DNA of 64,000 bases from an archaeon (GTDB lineage Archaea > Undinarchaeota > Undinarchaeia > Undinarchaeales > JBDRKL01), in assembly GCA_043814055.1 (NCBI GenBank), contig JBDRKL010000007.1:32001-96000 (forward strand), read 5' to 3'. The notes beneath the pieces are model-generated. The model did no database searches, was not told the origin of the DNA, and was given only the letters and a program-made list of their open reading frames with translations. The position numbers were made by a program, and so were the translations under genes. Shown piece by piece: positions 47,354 through 57,801 of the stretch (the stretch's first letter is position 1; every line of letters begins with the position of its first letter).

Positions 47354-49459
47354 TCAGTAGATTACCTTGAATACCTTAATTTCTTCGCCGAACTTGGTTA
47401 TAAGCTCAAAATGCTCAAGACCTGCACCTTCAAAGAAGTGCAGCCTTGTGAGCATATTCTCCTCAAGATTCTTTGGTAGGTAAATTGCCTGCTGGAATCC
47501 AGGCTGTAAGTAGAGCATCGCATCAAGGGTGTTTTCACCATCTGTCTGGCTCACCATTCCTAGGCCATTCTGGTTGAATAGGAATACTCTTTGTATCTGC
47601 TGGCTCTGGTAGCCCTGCCGAAGTGTTGCAGTGACTTCTTGCTCCTGCAGGTTTACAATTATGCTTGAACCCGAACCAAGATTATAGATTAGGAGCGTGC
47701 CATTGGAAGTTTGCTTATAATCGGACAGACTGAGTATTGGGTAATACTCACCCTTGCCGCGGCCGAGGAAGCTTATCGGACCATACTTTGCTATGAGGTC
47801 AGAGCTTGTGAAGAAGTAGCTCACGTTGTACTTGTCCAGCAACTCAACAGCTTCTTGTTCATCAGTGCTTGTGAATATCATGCCAAGGTCGTGGACATGG
47901 AATGGATTCTGGCTCCCGTCTGCCACAACAGACCTTTCTGCAAGCGCCGTGACTGCGTGGCCAGGGTCCCACCAAGATGCGAAAATTGCATCTTTTGGCG
48001 TTTCTGTGCGCGCCCACTCAAAGAAGTTGAGCCAGTTTGGACCAAGGGACGGGCCTGATTGTTTTGAGATTAGGGTTGCAGTTGAGAAATATGAAGGTCC
48101 TACTGGAGCGCCATCAGAGGAAGGAGTGTTTGGAACACTGAATATTACAAGAACCACAAACAATAATATTAATATTGAAAGGATTGGTTTCTTTTTGTTA
48201 ATTAGTGAGAGGAGATATGAAACAGCCACTGCACTAAATATGATGAGTGGAATGACCATCATCTCTATGAAGCGGACTGCGCCGAGGGAGGAATATAGGG
48301 TTGCGAGGAACCAGAGCGCGAAGAACATTAAATGGTGTACTTTTCCCTTAATTTTTTTCCATAAGCCAAGCGGCAGTAAGCAGAAGAATGTTATTGCAAG
48401 GATCAGATTGGTAATATGAATACTAGATAAAAGTGCTTTGGTTGATGGCGGGTTCATTTCAGAAACTGTCAGCATGACGTTTCTTACTTCAACGTCACCC
48501 TGAGCCACTGTTTCTGTGGTTTTTAGGTTCAAAGCGCTTGATATCGCGCCCCAAAACTTGACTGCACCGAGACCCTGAACAGCAGCAATTATGAGTAGAC
48601 CAACTACCAAGAGTATTAGAAGAGTCAGGTATTTTTTGTCATGCTCTTTGAAATGTGATTTTATGTTGTTAATTAAATTAGCTTCTTTGTTGAGAAGGTT
48701 TTTAGAAATGTGGTATAGGAAATAGAAGAACGCCGAGGCTAGCATAAGCAAAGGTGCAAACTGATAACCGCCCCAGGTAAGGCCGAAAAGACCGAGTGAG
48801 AGTCCGCCGGCAAGGGCATAATATATTGATTTTTTATCCCACGCAGCCAAGAAGAAGTAGAAGGTTAGTATGGTGAAAAAAGCAATAGGCGCATCTGAAT
48901 CAGAGAACCCGATAACACTTCTCTGCAGGAATGGCGCGGATAGAGTGTAGAGAAACGCCGCAGAGAGGCCTGCTTTTGCTCCAAAGAGCTGCCTCACGAG
49001 CAGAAACATTGCCAGCACTGCGAAAATGCCGAAGATGGCAGGCGTATATCTTGTCCATTCAACAAGGCTTGAAGTCATAAAGGTTCCAAAGAACTTGTAG
49101 GAATATGCTATGAAGTATGGGTAGAGCTCAAAAGCAGATTGACTTCCAAAGGGCGCGTCATGCATTGTGTCCCACGTGACCATTTTTCCATTGACTTCTT
49201 TCATTGTATCACCGATGTAGCCGTGATCCAGAACTTCGCTTGCGTGCCTGTAGTGCCAATAGGGATCCATTGCAGAAAGAGAGCCTTCATTTATGCCAGT
49301 GTAATTAGCCACTGGAGCAAAGCGAAGCCATGCTGAGAGAAGCAGGATTAGGATAAGTATGATGTAAGTTACAGCTTTCTTGTTTTCAGTCAGTTTACTC
49401 AGAAAGCCGAACTTTTCTGCGAACTTTGAAAAGTCCAGCTCAATCTCCTTTTCTCCCAT
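47354..49459 (-). CDS. aglB: oligosaccharyltransferase AglB (STT3 family)
   Basis: Many N-terminal TMs; DPYWHYR, GFSDSD, TVSE, SWWDPGH. Confidence 0.92.
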   Translation of the reverse strand: MGEKEIELDFSKFAEKFGFLSKLTENKKAVTYIILILILLLSAWLRFAPVANYTGINEGSLSAMDPYWHYRHASEVLDHGYIGDTMKEVNGKMVTWDTMHDAPFGSQSAFELYPYFIAYSYKFFGTFMTSSLVEWTRYTPAIFGIFAVLAMFLLVRQLFGAKAGLSAAFLYTLSAPFLQRSVIGFSDSDAPIAFFTILTFYFFLAAWDKKSIYYALAGGLSLGLFGLTWGGYQFAPLLMLASAFFYFLYHISKNLLNKEANLINNIKSHFKEHDKKYLTLLILLVVGLLIIAAVQGLGAVKFWGAISSALNLKTTETVAQGDVEVRNVMLTVSEMNPPSTKALLSSIHITNLILAITFFCLLPLGLWKKIKGKVHHLMFFALWFLATLYSSLGAVRFIEMMVIPLIIFSAVAVSYLLSLINKKKPILSILILLFVVLVIFSVPNTPSSDGAPVGPSYFSTATLISKQSGPSLGPNWLNFFEWARTETPKDAIFASWWDPGHAVTALAERSVVADGSQNPFHVHDLGMIFTSTDEQEAVELLDKYNVSYFFTSSDLIAKYGPISFLGRGKGEYYPILSLSDYKQTSNGTLLIYNLGSGSSIIVNLQEQEVTATLRQGYQSQQIQRVFLFNQNGLGMVSQTDGENTLDAMLYLQPGFQQAIYLPKNLEENMLTRLHFFEGAGLEHFELITKFGEEIKVFKVIY

Positions 49460-49510
49460 GGCTAGCTAGTAACTTTGTGTGATTAATAAATCTTTTGATT
49501 TAAAAATAGA

Positions 49511-50962
49511 CTAGGATTTAACGTAGTACGAGGACTTTCGCCCAAGGTTGAAATATATTTTTGCAAGTATTTTTTTCACAAAACTACTGGTCATTATTTT
49601 TGAGTGTATGTACTTGCGCGTTACAATATATGCCATTAAAGCGCCGAGCGGGCCGAACCTCTTGAACTTGTGTCCAAGGAACTTGCGCTTTATGGCTAGG
49701 CTTATGCGTTCGCCCTCCTTGTACAGCTGCTTTCTTTTTTCAATTGAAAGCTCAGGCGTTGAGAAGCACGGGTCAGAAGACCACTGATGGGTCCGGTTTA
49801 GATAATCGCTGGGAGGGGATATTAGACACTTGTCTGCGTTTAGCTGTTCATACATTTCAGTCTGGGGGAAAGGTGTTGGCATATAAAAATATGCATATGC
49901 GACCGGGTATTTCTGGGCGAACCTGAAGGAGTTTCTAACGTGAGTTTCGGTTTCTCCAGGAAGACCCAGTATGAAGAACAGGCCAACCTCCATTTCAAGG
50001 TCTAGTGCGATCTTTATCGCATTTTCAATGTCCCCCAGCTTTTCACCTTTTTTGACTTTCTTCAGAATGTCCTCATTTGCGGACTCAACTCCAAACGCAA
50101 GCTCATTCACCCCAACTTTTTTTAAGCGCTTTAGCATTTCACGGTCAATGCCGTCTGCGCGCACGCCGTTTCCAAGGACCAGCAATAAATCAGTGAGGTT
50201 TCTTTTCTCTATCTCGTCGCAGATATCATATACGTGCTTCTTGACGAGTGTGAAATTGTCATCAATTATGCCAAAGCGCCGGTATCCAAGCCTGTACCAG
50301 TATTCCAGCTCATCTACAACATTTTTCCCTGAGCGCATACGGAACTGCTGACCTATGGCAACCTTGACCGGGCAGAATGTACAGGAGAATGGGCATCCGC
50401 GGGAAGTAACGATTGGAATTGTCTTCTCCGGGTATTTGTCAAGGTCAAACTTTTCGTATTTGGGGAATGGAATTTTGTCCAAGTTAGTTTCAAATGGTCT
50501 GTCAGGATTTTCAACTATCTTGTTTCCGTCGCGATAGAGAAAACCCTTTATCTTTTTTAGAGGGGTGCCTTTGCAAAGTTCCAATAGCGTTGTTTCACCC
50601 TCCAGCTTTATTGCGTAGTCAACTGCATCGCATTCAAAAACCTTTTTGCGGAACGTGGATACGTGAGGGCCGCCAACAACTATCTTCATATTTGGAAATT
50701 CTTTTTGGATAGCAGTTAGGATTTCATAAACATGTGCGTAAAGCGGACTCATTATTGACATTGCTATTAAATCCGGTTTTGAGCCACGGATTTTTTCAAA
50801 AAGAGTTTCAATCTTTGGGTCTATAGACATATCCCATACATCGTGGCTAATTGAGTTCTTTTTCAAATATTCAGAGAGGTAACCTAAACCTGCACACAAG
50901 ACTGCTCCGTAATGCCCTTTTCCATAGGCGGGATTGATTAAAAAGACTCGCTTAAATCGCAT
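49511..50962 (-). CDS. B12-binding radical SAM protein
   Basis: GGPHVS, EGE, TSRGCPFSCTFC, DDNF, GVES, GLPGET. Confidence 0.92.
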   Translation of the reverse strand: MRFKRVFLINPAYGKGHYGAVLCAGLGYLSEYLKKNSISHDVWDMSIDPKIETLFEKIRGSKPDLIAMSIMSPLYAHVYEILTAIQKEFPNMKIVVGGPHVSTFRKKVFECDAVDYAIKLEGETTLLELCKGTPLKKIKGFLYRDGNKIVENPDRPFETNLDKIPFPKYEKFDLDKYPEKTIPIVTSRGCPFSCTFCPVKVAIGQQFRMRSGKNVVDELEYWYRLGYRRFGIIDDNFTLVKKHVYDICDEIEKRNLTDLLLVLGNGVRADGIDREMLKRLKKVGVNELAFGVESANEDILKKVKKGEKLGDIENAIKIALDLEMEVGLFFILGLPGETETHVRNSFRFAQKYPVAYAYFYMPTPFPQTEMYEQLNADKCLISPPSDYLNRTHQWSSDPCFSTPELSIEKRKQLYKEGERISLAIKRKFLGHKFKRFGPLGALMAYIVTRKYIHSKIMTSSFVKKILAKIYFNLGRKSSYYVKS

Positions 50963-51091
50963 TATGAACTGGTGTATTAATTTACCATATTTATATGTGC
51001 TGAATCTTTAATTCGTGCCATTATGAAAGTTTACAATGGGAAAAGTACGAGACATATAGATTTATATAAAAAATAAACAAAGGCAAGGGTT

Positions 51092-52654
51092 ATGGAACTG
51101 GAGAAGCGCGACTGGTTGTGGTGCGGAATTATTGTTCTGGCACTCGTTCTGATGTCGGTTTATGTTAACATACAGGTTAGTGGATTTCTCCAGGGGGATG
51201 AGGTTACCGAGGTTCTGGACGGCATATTCATAATGAATTATGTTGGGGATAGTATTGCACAGGGCAGTTTCATAAATCCGCTGCAGTACGCAACTGACTT
51301 CCAGAGCAAGTCATTCGGGCTCACCATCAATAACAGGCCGTTGTACTTTAGGGGGCTTGAAGCCGTGCTGTTCGGGGCGTTTGGCGTCAATCTGCTGATA
51401 CCGCGGCTCCTCTCACTGTTTCACGCAATAGGATTCTTTTTGATTTGGTACTTCTGGATAAAGCAGGAGTATTCGGAAAAAGTTGCGGTGTTTTCAAGCT
51501 TTATAATGCTCACGAGCTGGAAGTTCGTTATGTACTCTTGGCGAATAACAATGGAGTTCCCGTATCTGTTATTCCTGTTCCTCTCGCTCTTCTTGTTTGT
51601 CAAGTATTACAGGAGCAGGGATGAGAAGTATGTTCTTCCGTTCTTTGCCACAGTTTTTCTGGGTCTGATGACGAAGAATGTTATGCTTTTTCTTTTTCCA
51701 ATCATTGCACTATATCTTATTATTAGATGGAGGTTCAGGATTAATAAGGAGAAGCTTTGCGATTTGAAGAATTTGGTTTTTAAAAAGAGGTTTGTCTTTT
51801 TTGGGATTTTGACTGGCGCTCTCGCAGTGCCGTGGTACTTCCTGAGCATTACGACGAGCTCAACTGTGCAGGGGCTTGTTAACGATGGGGTGCGCTCGTT
51901 CAATCCGCTGACTTATTTAATATTAATAGTAAAAGAAGAGCCGATTATACTTGTAGGGTTCTTGGTCTATGTTTTGTTCTTCCTGTTCTATAGAAGGGCA
52001 GATGCAACAACCTGGGAGCGGGACGCTCCGTATCTCGCAGCACTTGTTGTTTTCTATACAGTTCTTAGTGCAATGGGATGGAAGCACTTCAGGTACATAG
52101 CGATAATCTATCCGGTGTTTGCGCTGTTTACAGGAGTTGTGCTTGCAAATTTAAGAAAAATTGGCTATGCTGTTTTTGCCTTGATACTTCTATTTAACGT
52201 ATTCCTGTTTGTTGGATATATGCAAACGCCTGCTGTTGGAGGAACATATGAAGAATTCAATGCGAACTTAAAGCCAGGAGTGTTTGAGGTGCAGGGCATT
52301 CAAGATGTTCCTGACAAATGGGGTGAGGTTGCTGAATTTATGGCAGAAGTTGAGCCGCAGGGCAACGTGCTTTATGCAGGGTATCCTGGGAATTTCCTTT
52401 ATAGCTATCACATAAACATGCTTGGCCGGCCCGAGGTGCGGCTTGTGAGGGACCATCCAAGCGACGTGGCGCAGTTTGACACAGTTGAAGATGTGGTTGA
52501 GCATTATGATATTGAGTATATAGTATATGACACTGAATTGGACCTTTCATACCACTGGGCTAAAATTCTCCCATTGGTTGGGGATGAGCTTGCGAAGGAC
52601 AGGTATGAGAAGATTGGCGATGTGAACAAGGTTGAAGTGTACAGGATAAAATAA
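51092..52654 (+). CDS. GT-C fold glycosyltransferase (ArnT/PMT-like)
   Basis: DE motif in the first loop, about 11 TMs, RY motif, C-terminal soluble domain. Confidence 0.75.
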   Translation: MELEKRDWLWCGIIVLALVLMSVYVNIQVSGFLQGDEVTEVLDGIFIMNYVGDSIAQGSFINPLQYATDFQSKSFGLTINNRPLYFRGLEAVLFGAFGVNLLIPRLLSLFHAIGFFLIWYFWIKQEYSEKVAVFSSFIMLTSWKFVMYSWRITMEFPYLLFLFLSLFLFVKYYRSRDEKYVLPFFATVFLGLMTKNVMLFLFPIIALYLIIRWRFRINKEKLCDLKNLVFKKRFVFFGILTGALAVPWYFLSITTSSTVQGLVNDGVRSFNPLTYLILIVKEEPIILVGFLVYVLFFLFYRRADATTWERDAPYLAALVVFYTVLSAMGWKHFRYIAIIYPVFALFTGVVLANLRKIGYAVFALILLFNVFLFVGYMQTPAVGGTYEEFNANLKPGVFEVQGIQDVPDKWGEVAEFMAEVEPQGNVLYAGYPGNFLYSYHINMLGRPEVRLVRDHPSDVAQFDTVEDVVEHYDIEYIVYDTELDLSYHWAKILPLVGDELAKDRYEKIGDVNKVEVYRIK

Positions 52655-52663
52655 ATAGGTAAA

Positions 52664-55150
52664 GTGCATATAAGAACAGAGATGATAAAGAAAATGTGGG
52701 ATTTTGTATTTGGAAGGGCTAGAGAACCCTCTATGTTTGTCATTATAGGCGGGCTTAGCACGATTGTGAATTATGGTCTTTTTGCCTTGCTTTTTACGCT
52801 TGTGGGGGTTCATTACTTGTTTGCCGCCGGGGTTGGCTATGTTTCGGGGGTTATGTTCAGTTATGCTTTCAATACAAAGTACACGTTCAGGAAAAAAATT
52901 GGAAAAACAGTATTCACATACTTTTTGTCTTATGGTGTGACGCTTGTGATGAGCTTAAGCTTGCTGATGTTCCTGAAAGTCTCGCTCGGCATAGATCCGC
53001 TTATAGGCAATATCTTGACTATTGGCTGCATAACTTTTGTCAATTTTGCCTCGTGCAAGTTTTTGGTTTTCAATGAGAAGCTTAAAGTTCCAAAGATTTT
53101 TAAGAGCAGAATTTTCTTGTCAGTTCTTGGGCTAAAAATTATAGCATCTTTTGTGTTCACCTCTGATGTGATTATGACGCTGTTCATCCCATTTGTGACC
53201 AGTTTTGTTTCAAATCCTCTTGCAAATCCTTATTCAGAATTTGCCGTTATTAATTCAAAGGCATTTCCATATCCGCCGTTTATGCTTGCGGTGTTCAGCC
53301 TTCCGTATGTTTTCTTTGGATTGGCAGCTGTAAAAAGTATGACGATAACGATATTTTTGATTAAGCTTCCACTGCTCCTTGCGGACATCGGAGTGTTCTA
53401 CATACTCTACAAGCTTTTTGAGAATAAAGAGAAATACATAACTTATCTGTACTGGTGCTCGCCGATAATATTCTACGTGAACTACATACACGGGCAGCTG
53501 GACATAGTGCCGATAGCTCTGCTCCTTGCCTCGATGTATTTCCTCACGAAAAACAAGTTTAGCCGCTCAGCTATTTTCTTAGGCCTTAGCATAGCAACAA
53601 AGTCCAATGTATTTGTTGTAATTCCAATAATATTCCTTTACCTGTTGAAGAAACGGAAGGGGGTTCTTGACTCAATTGATATAGCAAAGTATTTCCTGAT
53701 TTCGCTTGGGATTTACGCTGTTTTTGTGCTGGCGTTCTTATCTCCTGGCTTCATAAAGATGGTTTTTCTCGCGCCGGACCAGGCAAGGTTCTTGTACCTC
53801 GGCGTGAACTTCCCAGAAGGTCTTGTGTTTTACGTGATACCTGCGCTATACCTCTACCTCATTTTCAAGACCTGGAGCTTTAAGCGAGTGACAAAGGACA
53901 TACTGTTCATGGTGACTGGAGTCACGTTCACTCTGCTCGTGACTCTTCTTTATCCGCTTCAGGGGTGGTACGTATGGTGCATACCATTCATAGTTTATTT
54001 CTTCATAAAAGAAAAGAAACTTGATCCGTGGATATACATTTCATTCAACGCCGCGTACCTCCTTTACTTTGCACTCATACCTGCCTCTGACATATTCAAC
54101 GTGTTCCAGAGGATTTCTCCTGCAATAGCTTCAATGCCAACGCCTTATGTGATTCTTCAAAGTTATGGAATAAATGCAGTTCTTGTGCAGGGTTTGGCGT
54201 TTACAGCATTGACATCTGCCTTGCTCTACACTGGGTATAAGATATACGTGTATGGAGTCAAGAACAGCCTCATATTCCAGGAGAAGAACGGCATACCTGC
54301 GATAGGAATTTGCGGAGACTCTGGAACAGGCAAGACTCTGCTTGCTGAGGATATTTCAAATTTCTTTGGAGTGGACAACACCACAGTAGTTCATGGAGAT
54401 GATATTCATAAGTGGGAGCGGCACGACGAGAACTGGAAAAAATACACGCATCTAAATCCAATAAGCAATAAAATACGGTTCAATTATGAGCAGATGAACG
54501 CGCTCAAGCAGGGCGTTGAAGTGCAGCGCGCGAGTTATGACCACGACACAGGTTCTTTCACAGAGGGCCACGCGGTACTTCCAAAGAATCTTTTGATTTC
54601 AGAGGGGCTGCACACCTTCTTCCTTAATGATGAAAACCAGGTATATGAGCTCAAAATCTACTTGAAGCCGGACGAAACCATAAGGAGAAAATGGAAAGTA
54701 GAGAGAGACACAAAAAAGAGGGCGCACAGCAAGAAGAATGTGCTTGCACAGCTAAAGGCAAGGGAGCAGGATGCTGCGAAGTACATAACACCGCAGGAAG
54801 AAAAGGCTGATGTGATTATTTCTTACAAAAAGGATGGAGTTGAGGTTGATGTCAGGACAGATATACAAATGGATGTATTCATAGAGAGGATTAGGGACAT
54901 AAGAAGTTTAAGCTGTGAACTTGAGTATCCGAATGACAAATTCCTGCGAATGCGGCTTGGCGGTGAAATAAGGAGAGGGGATGTTGAAAAACTTATTGAG
55001 GGCTTTGAGGTTGAGCAGGACGATTATGAGATAGACAGACAAAAAATAAAAGACGGCTATGATGGGCTTATGCAGGCACTAGTTTTGTACTTGCTTAACG
55101 AAAAGCTCAGGAAACTGGTGGGAAAAGACTCTAATGGACGAAACATTTGA
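52664..55150 (+). CDS. fusion: GtrA-like flippase + GT-C-like membrane domain + phosphoribulokinase/uridine-kinase domain (start may be 52682)
   Basis: GtrA pattern (FVIIGG..TIVN...SYAFN.KYTF); FPYPP..KLP...D..HGQLD; ICGDSGTGKT, DDIHKWER, YDHDTG.F, EGLH. Confidence 0.8.
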   Translation: MHIRTEMIKKMWDFVFGRAREPSMFVIIGGLSTIVNYGLFALLFTLVGVHYLFAAGVGYVSGVMFSYAFNTKYTFRKKIGKTVFTYFLSYGVTLVMSLSLLMFLKVSLGIDPLIGNILTIGCITFVNFASCKFLVFNEKLKVPKIFKSRIFLSVLGLKIIASFVFTSDVIMTLFIPFVTSFVSNPLANPYSEFAVINSKAFPYPPFMLAVFSLPYVFFGLAAVKSMTITIFLIKLPLLLADIGVFYILYKLFENKEKYITYLYWCSPIIFYVNYIHGQLDIVPIALLLASMYFLTKNKFSRSAIFLGLSIATKSNVFVVIPIIFLYLLKKRKGVLDSIDIAKYFLISLGIYAVFVLAFLSPGFIKMVFLAPDQARFLYLGVNFPEGLVFYVIPALYLYLIFKTWSFKRVTKDILFMVTGVTFTLLVTLLYPLQGWYVWCIPFIVYFFIKEKKLDPWIYISFNAAYLLYFALIPASDIFNVFQRISPAIASMPTPYVILQSYGINAVLVQGLAFTALTSALLYTGYKIYVYGVKNSLIFQEKNGIPAIGICGDSGTGKTLLAEDISNFFGVDNTTVVHGDDIHKWERHDENWKKYTHLNPISNKIRFNYEQMNALKQGVEVQRASYDHDTGSFTEGHAVLPKNLLISEGLHTFFLNDENQVYELKIYLKPDETIRRKWKVERDTKKRAHSKKNVLAQLKAREQDAAKYITPQEEKADVIISYKKDGVEVDVRTDIQMDVFIERIRDIRSLSCELEYPNDKFLRMRLGGEIRRGDVEKLIEGFEVEQDDYEIDRQKIKDGYDGLMQALVLYLLNEKLRKLVGKDSNGRNI

Positions 55151-56048
55151 GGAGTTCGTGGAACTCTGCGACATTGTAGGCAATGATGCTCAGCTCACTC
55201 AGGGCTCTGGCGGCAACATCTCTGTAAAGGATGGGGGTGAGATGTACATCAAGGCATCAGGTTTTCTTATAAAAGATGTTAACAAAGACACTGGTTTTGT
55301 AAAGGTTGACTACAAAAAGCTTGTCAGCTTGCTTGAAGCAGGAAAAGAGGTTGGCAGCAGGGAAGTTTTGGATGCAAAGATTAGCGAGGGTGAACTGCGG
55401 CCTTCAATGGAAACTAATTTTCACGCATTTTTAAAAAAGTATGTTGTACATCATCACTCTGTGAATGTCAATGTGCTTGGATGTTTGAAGAATGCAGAGA
55501 AGCATTTGGATGCGGCGCTTGGTGATGATTTTGCGTTTGTAGGGTATGAAACTCCAGGCGGCGCTCTTGCGAGGAAAGTTTGGGAGAGTGATTATGAAAA
55601 AGAAATTATTGTGCTACAGAATCATGGAATAATATTGCACGGAGATGATTTTGGAGAAGTAAAGAAAAAAATAAAAAACGTTGAGTCAAGAGTGAAAAAA
55701 TACCTGAGAGAGAATATTGAAGGTTTTGAAGAGTATTCGTACAAATCGCTTGAGAAGATTGTGGGCGGGTTTGTAGGAGCCCCTGAAGAACTGCTTGAAG
55801 AGGTAAAGAAAGGATACATATTTCCGGATGATGTTGTTTTTCTGCACGGGAAAAAGATTGAGGTAGAGAACGGCCGGGTAAAATATGAAGGTGATTTAAA
55901 AGAGGCGACAAATGTGGATGAGACCCTGCAGGCGAATCATTTTGTACTCTCCAATGCTGAGAAGCTTGGTGAGGTCAGGTATTTGACTGAGGCTGAAGTT
56001 AATATAATTGTAAATCTTGACGAGGAAAAGTACAGGAGAAAAAATTGA
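55134..56048 (+). CDS. class II aldolase/adducin family protein
   Basis: QGSGGNISVK, IKASG, RPSMET.FH, VHHH, LQNHG. Confidence 0.88.
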   Translation: MDETFEEFVELCDIVGNDAQLTQGSGGNISVKDGGEMYIKASGFLIKDVNKDTGFVKVDYKKLVSLLEAGKEVGSREVLDAKISEGELRPSMETNFHAFLKKYVVHHHSVNVNVLGCLKNAEKHLDAALGDDFAFVGYETPGGALARKVWESDYEKEIIVLQNHGIILHGDDFGEVKKKIKNVESRVKKYLRENIEGFEEYSYKSLEKIVGGFVGAPEELLEEVKKGYIFPDDVVFLHGKKIEVENGRVKYEGDLKEATNVDETLQANHFVLSNAEKLGEVRYLTEAEVNIIVNLDEEKYRRKN

Positions 56049-56926
56049 AAATAGTAATACCGATGTCAGGAGCAGGGACAAGATTTGTTAAGGCCGGGTA
56101 TGAGGAGCCGAAGTCGCTGCTCATGGTAGACGGCAAGCCGATAATAGAGCACATAGTTGATATGTTTCCAGGCGAGGACGATTTCATATTTATTTGCAAT
56201 CCAGAGCACTTGGAAAAGACAAATTTGAGAGAAGTTCTTGAAAGGATTAAACCGACTGGGAAAATAATTGAGGGCGAGAAGCACAAGAAAGGCCCGGTTT
56301 ACACTGTGCTTCCGTTTTTGGACGAGATAGGTGATGATGAACAGGTTATTGTTAATTACTGCGACTTTGGATGGGACTGGGATTATGAGGATTTCAAGAG
56401 GAAAATGGAGGAGACCAAGTGCGACGGATGCGTTGTGGCTTACAAGGGATACCACCCGCATCACTTTGGAGACACTTATTATGGATATATGAGATGGGAC
56501 GAGAATAATTACATGCTTGAAATCCGAGAAAAAGAGCCCTTCACAAACAATAGACAAGAAGAGTATGCGTCTTCAGGGACTTATTATTTCAGAAAAGGGG
56601 AATTTTTGAAAAAATACTTCAAGGAAGTTGTGGACAAGGACATAAACAAGTATGGAGAGTACTTCGCGAGCCTTCCATACAATCCAATGGTGCGAGATGG
56701 TTTGAAAGTTTACATTTATGAGATTCCGGTTTTCCTGCAGTGGGGCACCCCGCAGGATTTGGAAGAGTACGAAGCGTGGTCCAGGCATTTCTTGGGAGAG
56801 GATAAAGGAAAGACTAGCGAGCCAAAGGGAAGAAAAGTTGATTATGAAATAAAACTTGAGCCAGGGTCAGAAGAGTACAAAGAAGCAGAAGCATACTGGG
56901 CGAAATATTTTGAGGGTAAAAAATAA
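56045..56926 (+). CDS. nucleotidyltransferase-like (GT-A fold) protein
   Basis: IVIPMSGAGTRF..AGY..PK, NYCD, SGTYYF, GEYF, WGTPQDL. Confidence 0.85.
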   Translation: MKIVIPMSGAGTRFVKAGYEEPKSLLMVDGKPIIEHIVDMFPGEDDFIFICNPEHLEKTNLREVLERIKPTGKIIEGEKHKKGPVYTVLPFLDEIGDDEQVIVNYCDFGWDWDYEDFKRKMEETKCDGCVVAYKGYHPHHFGDTYYGYMRWDENNYMLEIREKEPFTNNRQEEYASSGTYYFRKGEFLKKYFKEVVDKDINKYGEYFASLPYNPMVRDGLKVYIYEIPVFLQWGTPQDLEEYEAWSRHFLGEDKGKTSEPKGRKVDYEIKLEPGSEEYKEAEAYWAKYFEGKK

Positions 56927-57000
56927 TGGCAGTTGGAAGCTTCCAAAAATATATCAGCTCCCAACTACATTTAACTCACAAAAGGCAGGGAAGTTAAATG
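56926..57000 (+). other. two-hairpin junction cassette / 23-codon bridge mini-ORF
   Basis: TAATG start, MAVGSFQKYISSQLHLTHKRQGS* ends at 56997 abutting ATG 56998; stem catttaact/agttaaatg contains the ATG; aatggca at both ends. Confidence 0.75.
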
Positions 57001-57801
57001 GCAAATATAATTCCAATGGCAGGAGAAGGAACAAGATTTGTTGAGGCAGGGTACGACTTGCCCAAGCCACTTATTCCGGTTTCTGGAAAACCCATGATAC
57101 TCCGGGTTGTTGAAAACCTTCCTGAAACTGATAAATGGATTTTTCTTGTGCGAAAGGAGCATATTGATGAGCACGAAATTGACAAAATTTTAAAAGATAA
57201 TGTTCCGGGCGCGATTATTGTTCCAGTTGAGGAAACTACAGAGGGGCAGGCAAGCACGTGCATGCTCGCGATGCCGCACCTTGAGCCCGATGAGCCCATG
57301 TTCATTGCTTCGTGTGATAATTCTTTCTTGTACGACAAGAAGAAGTATGTTGAACTTACGCAAGATGAAAGCGTGGATGCAATTATTTGGACATTCACGC
57401 AGAGCGAATTGCTCAGGGAAAAGCCGGAGAGCTGGGGGTGGGTTGTTCTTGGAGAAAAGAATGAGGTGAAGGACATGTCAGTAAAGACCCCAGTTTCTGA
57501 CAACCCTTTTAATGACCATGCGGTTGTGGGGACGTTTTACTTTAAGCGCGCTGGAGACTTTGAAGCAGCGTACAACATGATGGTTGAAGAGAAGTTCAGG
57601 GTAAATAACGAGTTTTATGTTGACTCCATCCCAAAGTTCTACAATAAGATGGGCAAGAAGAGCATTATTTTTGATGTTGAGCTGTATGTTGGCTGGGGGA
57701 AGCCTAAGGATTTGAAAGAGTATGAAAAAATAGAATTAGAGAAAGACAAACCTTTAATATGGAAGAGGTACTTTGAACAATTGGAGGATTTGAATGGCTA
57801 A
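56998..57801 (+). CDS. nucleotidyltransferase-like (GT-A fold) protein, paralogue of 56045
   Basis: IIPMAGEGTRF..AGY..PKPLI, TEGQA, SCD, VNNEFYV, WGKPKDL. Confidence 0.85.
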   Translation: MANIIPMAGEGTRFVEAGYDLPKPLIPVSGKPMILRVVENLPETDKWIFLVRKEHIDEHEIDKILKDNVPGAIIVPVEETTEGQASTCMLAMPHLEPDEPMFIASCDNSFLYDKKKYVELTQDESVDAIIWTFTQSELLREKPESWGWVVLGEKNEVKDMSVKTPVSDNPFNDHAVVGTFYFKRAGDFEAAYNMMVEEKFRVNNEFYVDSIPKFYNKMGKKSIIFDVELYVGWGKPKDLKEYEKIELEKDKPLIWKRYFEQLEDLNG

